64,000 nucleotides of DNA from Azolla caroliniana (taxonomy: Eukaryota > Plantae > Polypodiophyta). The notes under the pieces were generated by a model. That model saw only the letters and a program-made list of their open reading frames with translations. It was not told where the DNA came from and made no database searches. The stretch spans positions 20,770,001 to 20,834,000 of the forward strand of contig JBHGNT010000011.1 in NCBI GenBank assembly GCA_043228905.1. The letters are read 5' to 3'. Below, one piece after another: positions 1 through 13,676 of the stretch (its first letter is position 1; every line of letters starts with the position of its first letter). Both the position numbers and the translations under genes were made by a program.

Positions 1-3000
1 TGGTGGTAGCCTTCTTATGCTCCAGAGTTGCTTGGGTCAAATGAATTTAAAGGAAGGAGATGTCCAAAACTTACAACTAAAACTTGATCTATTGGCGATT
101 GTAATTCGGCATTTGGTTCAACAACCAAATTTTAGTACAATTTTTTGTGAAGCTGTGAAAAATTTCCCATTCAGTGAGGCTTTGTTGGATAGCTTATCTG
201 AAGCTTTGAAGCTCTCTCTTTTGGAGCAAATTAGCTTGGGCTTGGCATTGACCAATGCTGAAGATTTGCGATGGCAGCAGCACGGTAAGGAGCTGATGCA
301 CTTTAACTTTCTTTTCTCGGATACTTACTTTAACGAAAAACTCCGAAATATCCTAAAATGTTGACCAGGGGCATTTGGGGAAAGAGAAAAAATGAAGGGT
401 ACTTCAGAGTGTTTCCTTGATGTTATTGTCTTCTAAAGTTTGTACTCTTTGAATCCAGGCTACAGATTTTGCCAGACAAAGATAACAGAATTGTGTCAGA
501 CTCCATGTTCTATTAATGACAATGTTGTAATTGATCAGATTCTTTTGTTTCTGCATGAAAGTGAGGGTCTGTCAAAGCTCATACCTGCTTTTGTGAAATC
601 ATTGCCTTCTGATGCTCATACTTCCTTGATGTTGATGCCACTTCTTCAAGATGAAGCAAATGACTTGGATTGTCTAAGGTAGCTGTCATGTCAGAATGCC
701 GCATTGAATTTTACTTCAGTTATTTACCAATAGGCCAACTCTATTATAAGGTCAAACGTTGCATGTGTTGTTGTTTGATACTGGCTTGATTGATGTTTGT
801 CGTGATTTTTTTTAAAGATTTGATACAATATCGAAGTATACTTCACCAATTCCCTTGGATTTAATGGAGCAATTAGAAAACACAGTTGAAGTGGAAGACA
901 TTATGGAGGAGCTTGGATACAGTTGTACTGTGGGGGTGGCACAATGCAAAGAGATACTTAATTTACTTCCTTCGTTGCAAGAGGCAAATATTGCACGAAT
1001 AATTGCAATGGTATCTCGAAGCCATACTGGTTTAGAGGATTCCCATGGGACCTGTGGTACCTTCTATAGTGCATTAACTGAAAGTGCTTTTGTGGATGGT
1101 ATATGGGCAAGTACCTGGAATATTGAGGTTTTGGTTGAATCGATAAAACTTGTGGTAAGTTGGTATTAGTTAGCTGGTGATCATCCTATGTGAATGTTTT
1201 TATTAGTGCCACATGCATAGAGAATGTACATCACCTGATTTTATATTTTAAACTTTTACAGGCCCCTGAAACAAACTGGGCATTGGTAGTAGATAATTTT
1301 GATTATGAAGGTTTTTATTTGCCTGATCAAAAAGCTTTCAACACTCTGTTAGGGATTTATGGCAGGGCTTGTGAGGTATTCATTTGGTGAAGAAAGTAAC
1401 TTTTTGGTGTGATAGATTTGGAATATTAACTTGAGATAACATCTTTATCAGGATCCCTTCCCCATAGAGAAGGTTTGTACAGCTCTGTGGAAGAATGCTG
1501 AAGGACAGATATCCTTTTTAAGGTATGCAGTTTTGTCCTCTGCAGATGTACTGCAGTTCGAAAGATCTTTCTCGAGTCAGGCAAGTTCCCCTTTTTTGTT
1601 TGCTTCTTTGTCTCCTAAAAATTCAAGTTTCAGGGAAAACTCTGAAATACTCCTGAGGTTTTCATTATTTCCTCAAAAACTCTTGATTGATCAACCCCTC
1701 TCAGGAAATTATATGTCCTACTTGAGCAATTGTATCGACAATACATTCCTTTTCCTCTCTTTTGGGAACTAGCCATGGGTATTTGAGGAAATAAAGAAAA
1801 CATAGAGGCATCCTAGATCCTGTCTAATTTTTTATTTGCTTGCAATAGTTCACTGTGGAAAATTTACCTGGAACTGAGGTTTTACCTCGTGGTGCAAGCC
1901 ATGCTTGGTTATCTGTCCCATTGTTGGAGACATTATGCTGGCTTGCTGAAATTGGACATGCGAGTGCTATACGGTCCATCCTGGAGTATCCCTTAAAACA
2001 TTGTCCCAACATCCTATTGCTTGGAATCATCCAAGTCAAGGTTAGTGTAGCATATTCTTGGTTTTCTCCTTTAACATTTAAAGAACCCGTTGCTGTTACT
2101 AAGATTACCTGTTTTACAGACTACGTGGAATTTGATTCAGCATGAGATTCTATCGTCCTTATTTCCAGTATACCTTGGGGTGTTGAATAGTGGTGCTATG
2201 TTTCGCCAATTGTGGCTATTAAACTCTGAAATGGTCATAAGGGGGTTGTTAGAAGTGCATTCAAAAGATTCTACCTGTGTTGCAAAGATCCTGGATATTT
2301 GTCAGGAGATGCAGGTAGGTCTTTAACCTAACAGACTTTTCAGTTGGCTCACATTTGCTCTGCAGGAGTTTTGAAGTTCAAGTCTTCTTTTTTGCTTCCA
2401 ACAGGTTCTTCCTCAGATTTTAGAATCAACCCCATTTGCATTTAGTATTGACGTTGCGGTCTCAGCATCAAGGAAATATGCGCTAAATCTTGAAAAGTGG
2501 TTGTTTGATAATCTGACAAATCATCGTAATATGTTTTTCCAAGTATGTTGTCTCTGTTTGTGCTGAGGTACATTTCTTTTGAGAGAATATATTGTAATCA
2601 AGTTCTGGCTTTTGTAGGCCTGTTTAAGGTATTTAAAAGAGAGAGCCTTAGGAGATGTGCATGCTGGAGCACTTAGAGGCTCCTCACAACGATCAAACCA
2701 CTCTGCCACACTCCCTTTGGAGATTACTGCCACTATATTTAAGGTAAACTGCAAGATGACTGCATAGTTACATAAGATGCACACGTGCTTCCCCTGTATA
2801 TGCAAATAGACAAACAAATGATTTAACGCATGGATGGACTAATATTTAAGATAAACTGCACAGTGACTGCATAGATACATAAAGTGCACACATGCTTCCT
2901 GCATATATGCAAATAGAGAAAAAAATGAACTAACGGATGGATGGACAGATGAACGAATGAAGAGAGGCAGAGAGGAGGGGGCCAAGGAATGAATGATTAA

Positions 3001-6000
3001 ATAAATAAATGGATAGATTAGTGTATGCATATACATGCTCATACACATGCTCATATACAGAATCCAGATAAATAAATACATGCATGCATACATACATGAA
3101 TAGATGTTAATATATATGCCCATATATGTATGCATACCTACAGACAGACATAGTTGATATCGATGGTCATTGATACGCATGTGTAAAAATTCTATCTTTT
3201 TCCAAAGTTTGCAAACATAGACAGTCCTTTTCCAGGTTCTTCAAACGGCACCCAGTCATGCAGTATCTCATGATCTTATGGAGGAAATGAAACACATGTA
3301 TACCGATGCAGTTCGTGGAAATCCTCGCCTCTTGAGTGTGGGAACTCCTGATCAGACAACATCAGAAAGTTTTTCCAGTGATATAGAGGAAGAAGCTAAT
3401 TCATATTTTAGTCGAATCTATAGTGGAGATTTATCCATTGAGAATGTTGTGAAAATGCTGATTCAATTTAAAGAGTCACCTGTAAAGAGGTCAGTATGAG
3501 GTTACCACTTTTGATGCTGCTGAGTTTTTTTACACAACTACCATGTGATCCAGTGGTTTGGCTTTTATAGGGATCAAGAAGTTTTTGCATGTATGATTCG
3601 GTGTTTGTTTGATGAGTACCGCTTTTTCCCAAAGTATCCAGATAGGGAGTTACGAATCACTGCGATTCTGTTTGGTATATTTTTATCCTTTCATATGGGA
3701 TCTGAAACTGTGTAATTAATCACCCTGCATCATCACACTTGGATGATTGTTTTGCAGGTTCACTTATCAAGCACCAGCTGGTTTCCTCTTTGACTTTGGG
3801 AATTGCATTGCGTTATGTATTGGATGCTCTGCGGAAACCTGTGGATTCGAGGGTAGAAATAATCATTCTTCTCTACAAGGACATCAAGGTATATAAGCAG
3901 AAACAACACCTTTTCTAATGTTTATATTTTTATGATTGCAGATGTTTTCATTCGGACTGGCAGCATTGGAGAAATTTAGGGATCGACTGGTAGAATGGCC
4001 CCAGTATTGCAATCATATATTACAAATTTCTCACATGCGGGAAGCACACGGTAGCCTTGTGGAATTTATTCAACGTGCTCTGACTCGAGTATCTTCAGAG
4101 TCAACCACAAGTCACTCTGTTTCTCAACCTGAGGCCCAGAATTCCACTGTACAAGTACCAGCAACCATACCAATTGTCTCTACTGCAGAGAGTACAGAGG
4201 TAACAGAGAAACAAGTCTGCACAACATGACTTGCATTTACAATGGTCTTAGTGCAATATTTGGGATTTTGTTCATTAGGTTTCAGAAGCTTTTACTATTG
4301 GCAATTCTGACCCTCAGCAGCAACTGACACTGCAATTGCAACATCCTCAGGGTCAACTTCTGGGTTTATATGACGAAAAGTTCAAGAGTAGCTCAATGAC
4401 AGCACTTTCATATTCTAAGCCATTTGTTTCCACATCAAATGCACAATTGCAGCATTCTGCGTCTACCAATCAACTTTTTGATGCAGTGAATGCACAGAAG
4501 GTAGTGTTACTTTCGTCTCACTTGCACTTTCTATTTAATGGAACAGTCATGATTGTCTATTACTGTCTAAATTCACCTTGGTGCTGTCATACCAAAATCA
4601 TCACTTTTTCTTGTGCCCATTATCAGTGTGCTAGCAAAGTGAAGTTTGAAGATTTGCTGTCGAATCTTACTTCTATAATTAACTGAATCTTTCATATGTT
4701 GCTCTTCTTGTATCTTTTTCTTTAAACTGATAATAAACAGCATTGTCAACATTTTGGAAGTACAATAGAGGTTAACTATTTTGCACGTATGGTATAGCTC
4801 TGTTTTATAAGTTTTAGGGGATATCTTGTCAGGTGGTACAATCCTCTCAACCTGGAACTTTCCAAATTGCCCAAAGTCCAGGATTCTCTCGATCTTCCAC
4901 AAGGCCTGGGGGAGGTAACTTTGAGTTTTTAACGCACTGGACCAAATAGAGGCTTAAAATTGAGTTGTTGATTTTCTTACCTAATGTTTTGGTAGTACGA
5001 CAAGGTTTTGGTCATGCACTAAACATTGAAACGTTAATTGCTGCTGCTGAGCGAAGGGACATCCAGATTGAGGTATGTGCATTATCGTCAAGATTTTAAT
5101 GCAACATTAAACCTGGGTTTACATTGCTAGCACATTGGCATAATGCATAAAGGATGCATTCCTTCTTTCTGTCATAGGCTCCAAGCTCAGAAGTACAGGA
5201 CAAGATTGCATTTATTATCAACAATATTTCTTCTGTTAACCTGGAGACAAAAGCGAAAGAATTCATGGATGTTCTCAAAGAACAGTACTATCCTTGGTTT
5301 GCGCAATATATGGTGATGAAAAGGTGATATCCAAGCTCAACATATCATTGATTTAAATTTAAACTTGAGTCGTGCGTGATGTTCGTACTCGACTGTCCCT
5401 GTTCAGAGCAAGCATTGAGCCAAACTTTCATGATACCTATTTGAAGTTTTTGGATAAAGTTAATTCAAAATTGTTGCACAAGGAGGTGGTGAAAACCACT
5501 TATGAAAATTGCAAGGTTTGCTGTAACCAACTTAATCAACTTAGTTTCTCCTTGATTTCTTTTTATTTTAATTGTGATTTGTGAAGCATGTAACCTTTTG
5601 AACCATTTTTTCTTGGCAGGTTCTTTTAAGGTCAGACCTTATTAAATCAAGTTCTGAGGAACGATCTCTATTGAAAAATCTGGGTAGTTGGCTTGGAAAG
5701 CTTACTATAGGTAGAAATCAGGCTCTGAGGGCCATAGAAATTGATCCCAAACTTTTGATTATTGAGGCAAGTGAAGGCTATTTATTTCTTTTTCAGAGGC
5801 CAACTATTAACTATAATAATTAGTAGCACTCAATCATTTTGATATCCACGATTGAGAAAGTGTTAATATTTCTGTTTTTGCAGGCTTATGAAAAGGGTCT
5901 TATGATTGCAGTAATTCCTTTTACGTCAAAGGTATGGTTCAATGGACTACAGTGATGTCATTGATTGTAATCTTATGAAAAGGGTCTTATGCTTGCTTTA

Positions 6001-9000
6001 ATTCCTTGTTTTATAGTTAGTTTTAATATTGTATATCATTTTCCAGATTCTTGAACCTTGCCAATCTAGTCTTGCTTATCAGCCACCCAATCCGTGGACC
6101 ATGGGGATATTGGGTTTGCTTGCAGAGATATATAATCTTCCAAATTTGAAGATGAACATAAAATTTGATATTGAGGTAACATTTGAAATCACAATCTTTA
6201 CAATTCTGTGCAGATGAAGATTACGCACAGTGGATGTGCAGGTAATAAACTGCTGTAACTACCATCTGTTTTCAGGTTCTATTCAAGAATCTTGGTGTTG
6301 ATATGAAAGATGTGAAGGTTTCACAGCTGCTTAAAGGCCGTGTTCGGGAAATTGAAGGAAATCCTGACTTTTCAAACAAAGATGTTACCTTGCATCAGCC
6401 TCTATTCACAACAGAAAATAGCACAGTGTCTGCTCCGAGTTCCTTGGGTCATGTAGATCTTCCATCTGAGGCTTCTGTTTCAGCTTCTCACGCAGTCATA
6501 CCATCTTCATCGATGTCTCAGGTTTTTTTCATATTTTTTTAACATTGACTGGAGAATAAATACACAAGTAAATTTTTTTCTCATATTCCTGCACATTTAG
6601 GTCCAGCTTGGATCATCTCATATTTCAGCGGGTCTTAATGTTCCTGAAGACGAGAAATTAGCTGTATTAGCTTTGGCCGAACGTCTGCCAGCTGGACAAG
6701 GTCTGCCTCAAACAGCAGGCTCAGCAGCACCTTACTCAGGAAATCAGGTTCATTGAAAGTGATGTAAATGTGTTGAGCATTTTGTGGAGGAAAGACTAAC
6801 CATGGGCTTTTTCGTGCATTTTAGCTCCCAACGCCTTTGCCAAACTTGTCTTCATATGTGGTCATGAATCCTAAGCTTGCTGCTCTAGGTCAGCAGTTGC
6901 AACTGACAAGGTCTGTGCTGTGCTATTATGGGTGTCACTATTTTTAATCCTTATCATGTAACCTTTAGTAAATAAAATCTGCGTCCTTTATTGGTATTCA
7001 GGATAGTTCCTTTGGCAATGGAGCGGGCAATCAGAGAGATAATTTCGCCAGTTGTTGACCGTAGTGTTACAATTGCATGTATGACTACAAGAGAACTTGT
7101 AACAAAGGTAGCTTCACTGTTCATTTTCATAGTTTTAGCACCTTATCTATATATGTGTAAATTTTCCTACAACTTTTCTACTTCATGCTATGTAGGATTA
7201 TGCAATGGAAGGTGATGATAGCCATATTCATCATGCTGGAAATTTGATGGTGTCAAGTTTAGCGGGAAGCTTGGCTCATGTAACTTGCAAGGTATTGATA
7301 TTCCTTTCCTATTCATAAGTTTTTCCTTCATGCAATCACTTAATCTATTGGAATCTGCATTGCATGGTGACATGCCTTGTAATAAAATGTCTTGTTCATG
7401 CCACTGCACAATCTGTTTGAGTGTGTTGCAGGAACCTTTACGCGTGGCAATGGCAAATCATCTTCGAAGTCTGTTACAAGCCTTGAATATAACTGGGGAA
7501 GTGCTTGAACAAGCTGTTCTGCTTGTGACTAATGACAATCTTGATTTGGGATGTGCGGTTATAGAGAAATCAGCTACAGACAAGGTATGAATAAAGATTT
7601 GTGTCAGATTCTATATACTGTGGTTGTTTGTATTATATATCTCACACATTTTCTTGTCAAGGCTCTTCACGACTTAGAGGAGGTCATTGGACCTCCACTT
7701 GCGCACCGGAGGAAGCAAAGAGAATCTGTTGGAGTTAGCTTTTATGATGTGTCTGTATACTCACAAGGGCACCTTGCTCGCCTCCCTGAGATTCTTCGGC
7801 CCAAACCAGTACGACTGTCTTCTGCACAGCAGCGTGTATACGAGGTTAATTTTTTTTACTATTTCTCTGTGACAAAACTTTATTATTGGTACATTAAAGT
7901 TTACAGTGATGACAATAAATTCTGCACGTGTAGGATTTTGCTCGATTACCGTGGCAGAATCAACCAAGTCAGACTACAATAGTTGCTCCTTCTGGTTCTA
8001 GTGTTTCTTCAAATATTCCGGCTTCAGCCGGTCTTGCTAGGGCAGGCTATACACCATCTGTGCAAGGCCTTGGAGCATATGGTGGAATGACAGGACCTCA
8101 GTCAGCCATTTCAATGGGAGTTATGAATCAGAATCTTGATTCCAGTGCTGATGAAATTGATCACCGTTTGACCTCTCCTCTCAGGTTATTGGCCTCCCCT
8201 CCCAGGTTGCATTTTGTCCCACTTAATTCAGACATGGTGAATGTTCATTTCTTTTGTAATGAAACCATTCTGTATTCTGCAGCCATTCCTCAGCAGTTCC
8301 AGTTTTGGTTCCGGACACAGGAGTTCATCAGGCTTTAGCTGCAACTACAGGGCTTGGAAATCTAGGAAGCCCCACAATGTTTATGGAAACTGTTACTTCA
8401 ACAGAACGTCAACCAATTCCTAAGGTAGGAGTCTCTCTATGATGATAGGATCATCTTTATCTTGATTTGGGATGTTAACTATGCTTGAATGCAGGACGTG
8501 ACTCCTGGCATGTCAGTATCAGCTTCTCCTCCGCTGCCAATGGATCAGGTGAGCATGCCATCTGCAGAACCATCCTGGACAACTGGCGAAGCAATGGAGA
8601 AGTTTCAGTCTGTTATACAAAGGGTATGCTTCTTGCAAAATGTTTAAATGGTAATTGGGGTGATAGTGGCTAATTCTTCTGCATCTGTCTTCAGTTGGAT
8701 AGTGCTTTATCTAAAGGTATTCCAATGGGCCTCTCCGTGCCTTCTCAGGATCAAGAAGTTCAGGTATTCTGATTTTCTTTCACATCTTTGGTGGTGCCAT
8801 TGATAAAACCCTTTCATGACAAAGCGTTTTTTCTCCCAGTCTTTGATTATGGAGGTTGCGGATATCATTTCCCAGTCTATTAGCAAAGAAGAAGCAGCAG
8901 TTGCTTTCTCCCAAAAGGTAATGTTATAACCTGCCAATATTTGCGTGTAGTTTTTTGATTCTATTACTATTGCACCCCACTGGATTTTTCTAGAGAGAAC

Positions 9001-12000
9001 GAGAAAGGGAGGTTGGGTAGGGATGGAGGGTGAGTTATTAAATTCCTCAATGGCCACAAAAGCTAAGACCGAAACAGGCCATTGATGAGTGAGTGAATTC
9101 CTCGATGGCTATAAAGCTAAACCCAAAATGGGTCATGAACCTGTTGTTTATAGATAGGTTTTGCATTTTGTTCTTTAACTTTATACTGAAACCATGCAAC
9201 TTTCAATGGAAAATCCTTAATTTTGTTCTTAGCTAGGCCGGGTGTGAATGAAGATGTAGGAAAAATGTTTGGAGATTATGTTAGCATTATTTTTGTTTGC
9301 CTCATCTGAATTTTTTTTGCTACATAAAAACATTTATGCACTTCAAAGATTATCTCTGCGGTTCTTGTAACTTCATATTTTTGTCCAATTTCAGGCATTT
9401 AAGCGCTTGTATGAAAATGCAAATTCAACTCTATATGTGGCCACATATTTGGCACTTCTGGCATCCATCCGTGACATTTGCAAACGGGTTGTGAAGGAGA
9501 TTACGAGTTGGGTATGTTTTTTTCATGCTTTTGATGCATGTTTGGACATTATTGGCAATGTCATTTGTTATTCTCTGGGGTACTGAATGCAGGTTATGTA
9601 TGCTGATGAGGAGCGCAAATATAACAAAGAAATCATGGTTGGTCTTATCCGGTCAGAACTAATTCATTTAGCTGAGTACAATGTCTACCTAGCAAAGCTA
9701 ATTGATGGAGGGCGAAACAGTACGTGGCATTCTTAAAAAATGTTATAGTCAAGTTCTGATTCTTACTCATCAAATTGGTGCATGATGCTCTGTTATATGT
9801 CCAGATGCTGCTATGGATCTTGCTATATACCTTATTCAGACTTGTGTTATTCAAGATAATGTCGTTAGTGCAATTGAGCTGTCTAACGTTGTTGATGCCT
9901 TGGCAAAGGTAATTGTTACTGAAAATAAAGGGTTCTAGAATATAAAATAAGTTTAAATATTGTATGGTGAATTGAAGTGGTTATTGTTATGTCTTTTAGA
10001 GATGTACATATATTAATATAGTTCTTTCCAATTGGATTTGTAATTGCATGATTTGATTTTTCAGGTTGCACAAAGGCCTGGGTCATCAGAATCATTGCAG
10101 CATCTTGTTGATCTTGCAAAGAACTCATCTTCGGTGGCTGGTAGTCAAAGTGGTTCCAAGGAGGACAAAGCACGTCCTTCAAAAGAGAGAAGAGTGTGTT
10201 CTTGTCTGGCTTTGTGTGAAATATTTTTTTTTATGCCTCTACTAAACTTAGCTTGATGAATAATGAATTGCAGCCCTCTTCTAGCCGTGGAAGCTCCCTA
10301 CGGGACGAAGGTAAAGCGATTGGCAAAGAGTCTGCAGCAGTTGATCCACCTGGACTTCAAGAACAGGTATGTATTGAATTTTTTTTGAGTTGATCCATAT
10401 GTTTGCCGAACAGCTTTGACTAATTTTTGGGTTTTTTATTCTACAACTTGAATGTTTCCATAGACAATTGGTGCCCATTATACGGTACACTTATCTTACA
10501 ATCATAACTCCTTATTATTTCTTTTATTTCTTGCTTTTTGATGTGTAGGTGGCAATTTTATTTGATGAGTGGACAACTATTTGGGAGTCTTCAGGAGCAG
10601 GAAACAGTGATAAAACTTGTGCTGTATATATTTCAAAACTCCAGCATTCTGGAATGCTGAAGGGCGATGATATTACAGATCGATTTTTCCGAATTCTTTT
10701 GGTTGGTTATCTGTTTGCCATGTTCTTCTTTTGCAGTTTGAATTGTGGTAGAATAAGGCAAGCCCTATATACATATATGCATGCACATGATAGCTAAAAA
10801 TAATCTGTGTGATTCAGGAGCTTGCTGTGTCTCATTGCTCAAACTTGGATGGGGGTGTGCCTGGTTTTCAACAACAGGCTGTTTCGTTTGCATCAATTGA
10901 TATGTATGCCAAACTAGTTGTTTTATTAGTGAAGGTGAGTATCTAACTTTATTATTTTTAAGAAACTCATTTTCTTGGAGTACTTCAATGGATTTGTTGG
11001 CTGTTTGTTATGTTGTACGCTTGCCTCTTTCAGTACTATGGTGTGGATCCTGCTATGGCCAAAGTTAATCTTCTCAATAAGGTATTTGACCTATTTCACG
11101 GTGTCCAGGCATATGATGTCAGTAGATCATATCGAGCTGTGTATGATTATTTATATATTACAGGTGCTGGCAGTTACTGTGAAAGTAATACAGAAGGTGG
11201 CTGACGAGAAGAAGGCAAACTTTCTACCTAGGCCTTACTTTCGGTTATTTGTGATGTGGCTTATGGAATTCAGTGCACCTGACCCATTGCTAGATGCTAG
11301 CAACTTCCAGGTAATGTGTTTTTTTTTGGTGTAGCTATTTTGGCTTTATGTATTTGAATTGAGCATGCATGAATTTTTATACTTGCCTTGATGCAGGTGT
11401 TAACTGCATTTGCAAATGCTTTCATGCAACTTCAACCTTTGAAAGTCCCTGGGTGGAGGTATATCATTAATATGAGGTTTATGCATTTTGTCATGAGTTG
11501 TACATGATGTGCATGATCCCATTTATTTGTACAGCTTTGCGTGGCTTGAACTAGTCAGCCATCGAATGTTCATGCCTAAGTTACTACTAATCAACTCTCA
11601 GAAAGGATGGCCTTTGGTTCAACGACTCCTTGTTGCACTCTTCAAGTTCATGGAGCCCTATTTGCGGAATGCAGAACTTAGTGATCCGGTACAATGTGCT
11701 CAAATATCTCTGAGAAAACTCTGTAATATAATAAACACCGTTGGCTCATGGCTTTTATTGGTCTGTTTTGTAGGTACGATTGCTGTACAAGGGTACATTG
11801 CGGGTATTGCTTGTTCTACTGCATGATTTTCCTGAATTTCTGTGCGACAACCACTTCAGCTTCTGTGATGTTATTCCAACAAGCTGCATCCAAATGCGGA
11901 ATCTCATTCTTAGTGCATTTCCAAGAAATATGCGCCTTCCTGATCCATTCACACCAAACTTGAAGGTGCACACAATTTATATATGGACTGATAGTTTTCA

Positions 12001-13676
12001 TTTCATGCAACTTACACTGTTTCCTTCTAATTACTGTAGCCATGAATTTTTATCTAGCAACCTATAGATTTATAGCATTGTTTTACCCTTACCAATGCAA
12101 TCTTATTTCTCTTTAAGATTTAACAGTTAAATATGTCTTATGGTATATCTGAATTGCTATTAGCTATTCCCATAATCTTCTCTGCATGCGTTGACTGAAA
12201 TGAAGGAAAATGAAGGTAAATAGGTCATCTCTAGGTGATGTTACATATGCATCTTGTCATTCTTGATAATATCAACTTATTTCTATGAAGGGATGAGTAT
12301 ACATGAATCATGTCGAGGTAAACAGAATATAATATTAAGAGTCTGTCAGCTTTAAGCAAAATCTGCAATTTATAAATTGTAATGGTATTGTGGGTCTAAA
12401 CTTGACCTTGCTCTCTGCCTCAGTTTCACAGGGAATATAGGAGTCTTTTGTCTCATCTTATATAAACAGAAAATTTATGGCTGGTGCCAACCAATACATC
12501 TATTGTAGATATTTCTCATCTCTGTGTAATAAATGCATATGCATCATAAACTCAAGTACAGTATCCAGTTGTAATCTCCTTTCTTTTGTGCAGGTTGATT
12601 TGCTTCCAGAGATCAGTCAACCTCCACGTATACTCTCTGATATTGAATTTTCATTGAAAAACAAACAACTGAAGTCTGAAATTGATGAGTATCTGAAGGT
12701 TTGTAGAAAATAACGACACAAGAAAGTTTGTTATAGAATGAGTATCAATTTTAAAGTGAGATTCTAACAAAATACCTACTTAATCACAGACTAGGCAACC
12801 AATATCCTTACTTTTGACGGACTTGAAGCAACGTCTGATGCTTCCTCAGCAAGAAGTTATATCTGCTGGAACCCGATATAATGTGCCACTCATCTATGCA
12901 TTGGTTCTTTATGTTGGCATGCAGGTTAATCTTTGTTACTTATAATGTCGTTGTAGCAATGTGCAATATATGCATTGGTTATCTCAATGGTTAAGTTTCT
13001 GTGAAGGCAATACAGCAACTGCAAAGCAAGACAACACCTCAACAACTAGCTGTACCAACTGCTCCCATAACTCATAGTGCTCCAATGGACATATTCCAAA
13101 GGCTCGTGGTAGATCTGGATACGGAGGGGCGCTACCTGTTCTTAAATGCTGTTGCAAATCAACTTCGCTATCCAAACAATCACACTCACTACTTCTCTTG
13201 TGTTCTACTGTATCTCTTTGCTGAAGCTAATCAGGTAATGCTCCAACAAATAGAGGAATTGGGTTTAGCAATAAATGGTTGTGTAATTGTTTGGTGAATG
13301 TCATATATTTCAGGAGATTATACAGGAACAGATAACAAGGGTTCTTTTAGAAAGGCTGATCGTGAACAGACCCCATCCATGGGGTTTACTTATCACTTTC
13401 ATTGAACTCATCAAGGTGGGTGTCACATTCTCCTCGGATATTTGTGGTTTAATGTTGATCTATGCCATTGATGCCTTTCTATATAAACTGTTTGACATAT
13501 TTTTTCATTCATTTTAGAATCCACGATACAATTTCTGGAGTCATGCATTTACTCGCTGTGCTCCAGAGATAGAGAAGCTTTTTGAATCAGTTGCAAGGTC
13601 ATGTATGGGGCCACCAATTAAGTCAGTTGAGGATGACCTCGCCTCTAGTATAACAGCTGAAGGCTTGAAGGCTTGA
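1..13676 (+). CDS. NOT1: CCR4-NOT complex subunit 1 (NOT1/CNOT1), ~50 exons in window, 5' end outside window
   Basis: Manually spliced exons (e.g. <1-284, 459-678, 818-1154, 1262-1375, 1452-1580, 1849-2040 ... 5620-5766, 5884-5931, 6047-6175 ... 13007-13234, 13314-13415, 13518-13676) join in frame. They give NOT1 motifs: [186 protein letters not shown]. Stop TGA at 13674-13676. Confidence 0.97.
335..417. mobile_element. Small degenerate MITE-like foldback in a NOT1 intron
   Basis: GAAAAACTCCGAAATATCCT at the left end resembles the reverse complement of the right end (GAAACACTCTGAAGTACCCT). Related sequence recurs near 1634 and 60240. Confidence 0.45.
1633..1800. mobile_element. Degenerate MITE-like inverted-repeat element in the first NOT1 GC-AG intron
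   Basis: TTTTCATTATTTCCTCAAAAACTCTTG (~1659) is inverted relative to CATGGGTATTTGAGGAAATAAAGAAAA (~1774-1800). The left end GAAAACTCTGAAATACTCCT resembles the element at 335. Confidence 0.45.
2760..3185. repeat. Compound low-complexity (ATAC/ATGC/GATG/ATAA) repeat in a NOT1 intron
   Basis: Visible interspersed short tandem motifs expanding intron 2744-3235. Confidence 0.75.
9028..9135. repeat. Two degenerate ~55-bp direct copies in a NOT1 intron
   Basis: AATTCCTCAATGGCCACAAAAGCTAAGACC versus AATTCCTCGATGGCTATAAAGCTAAACCC. Confidence 0.7.
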
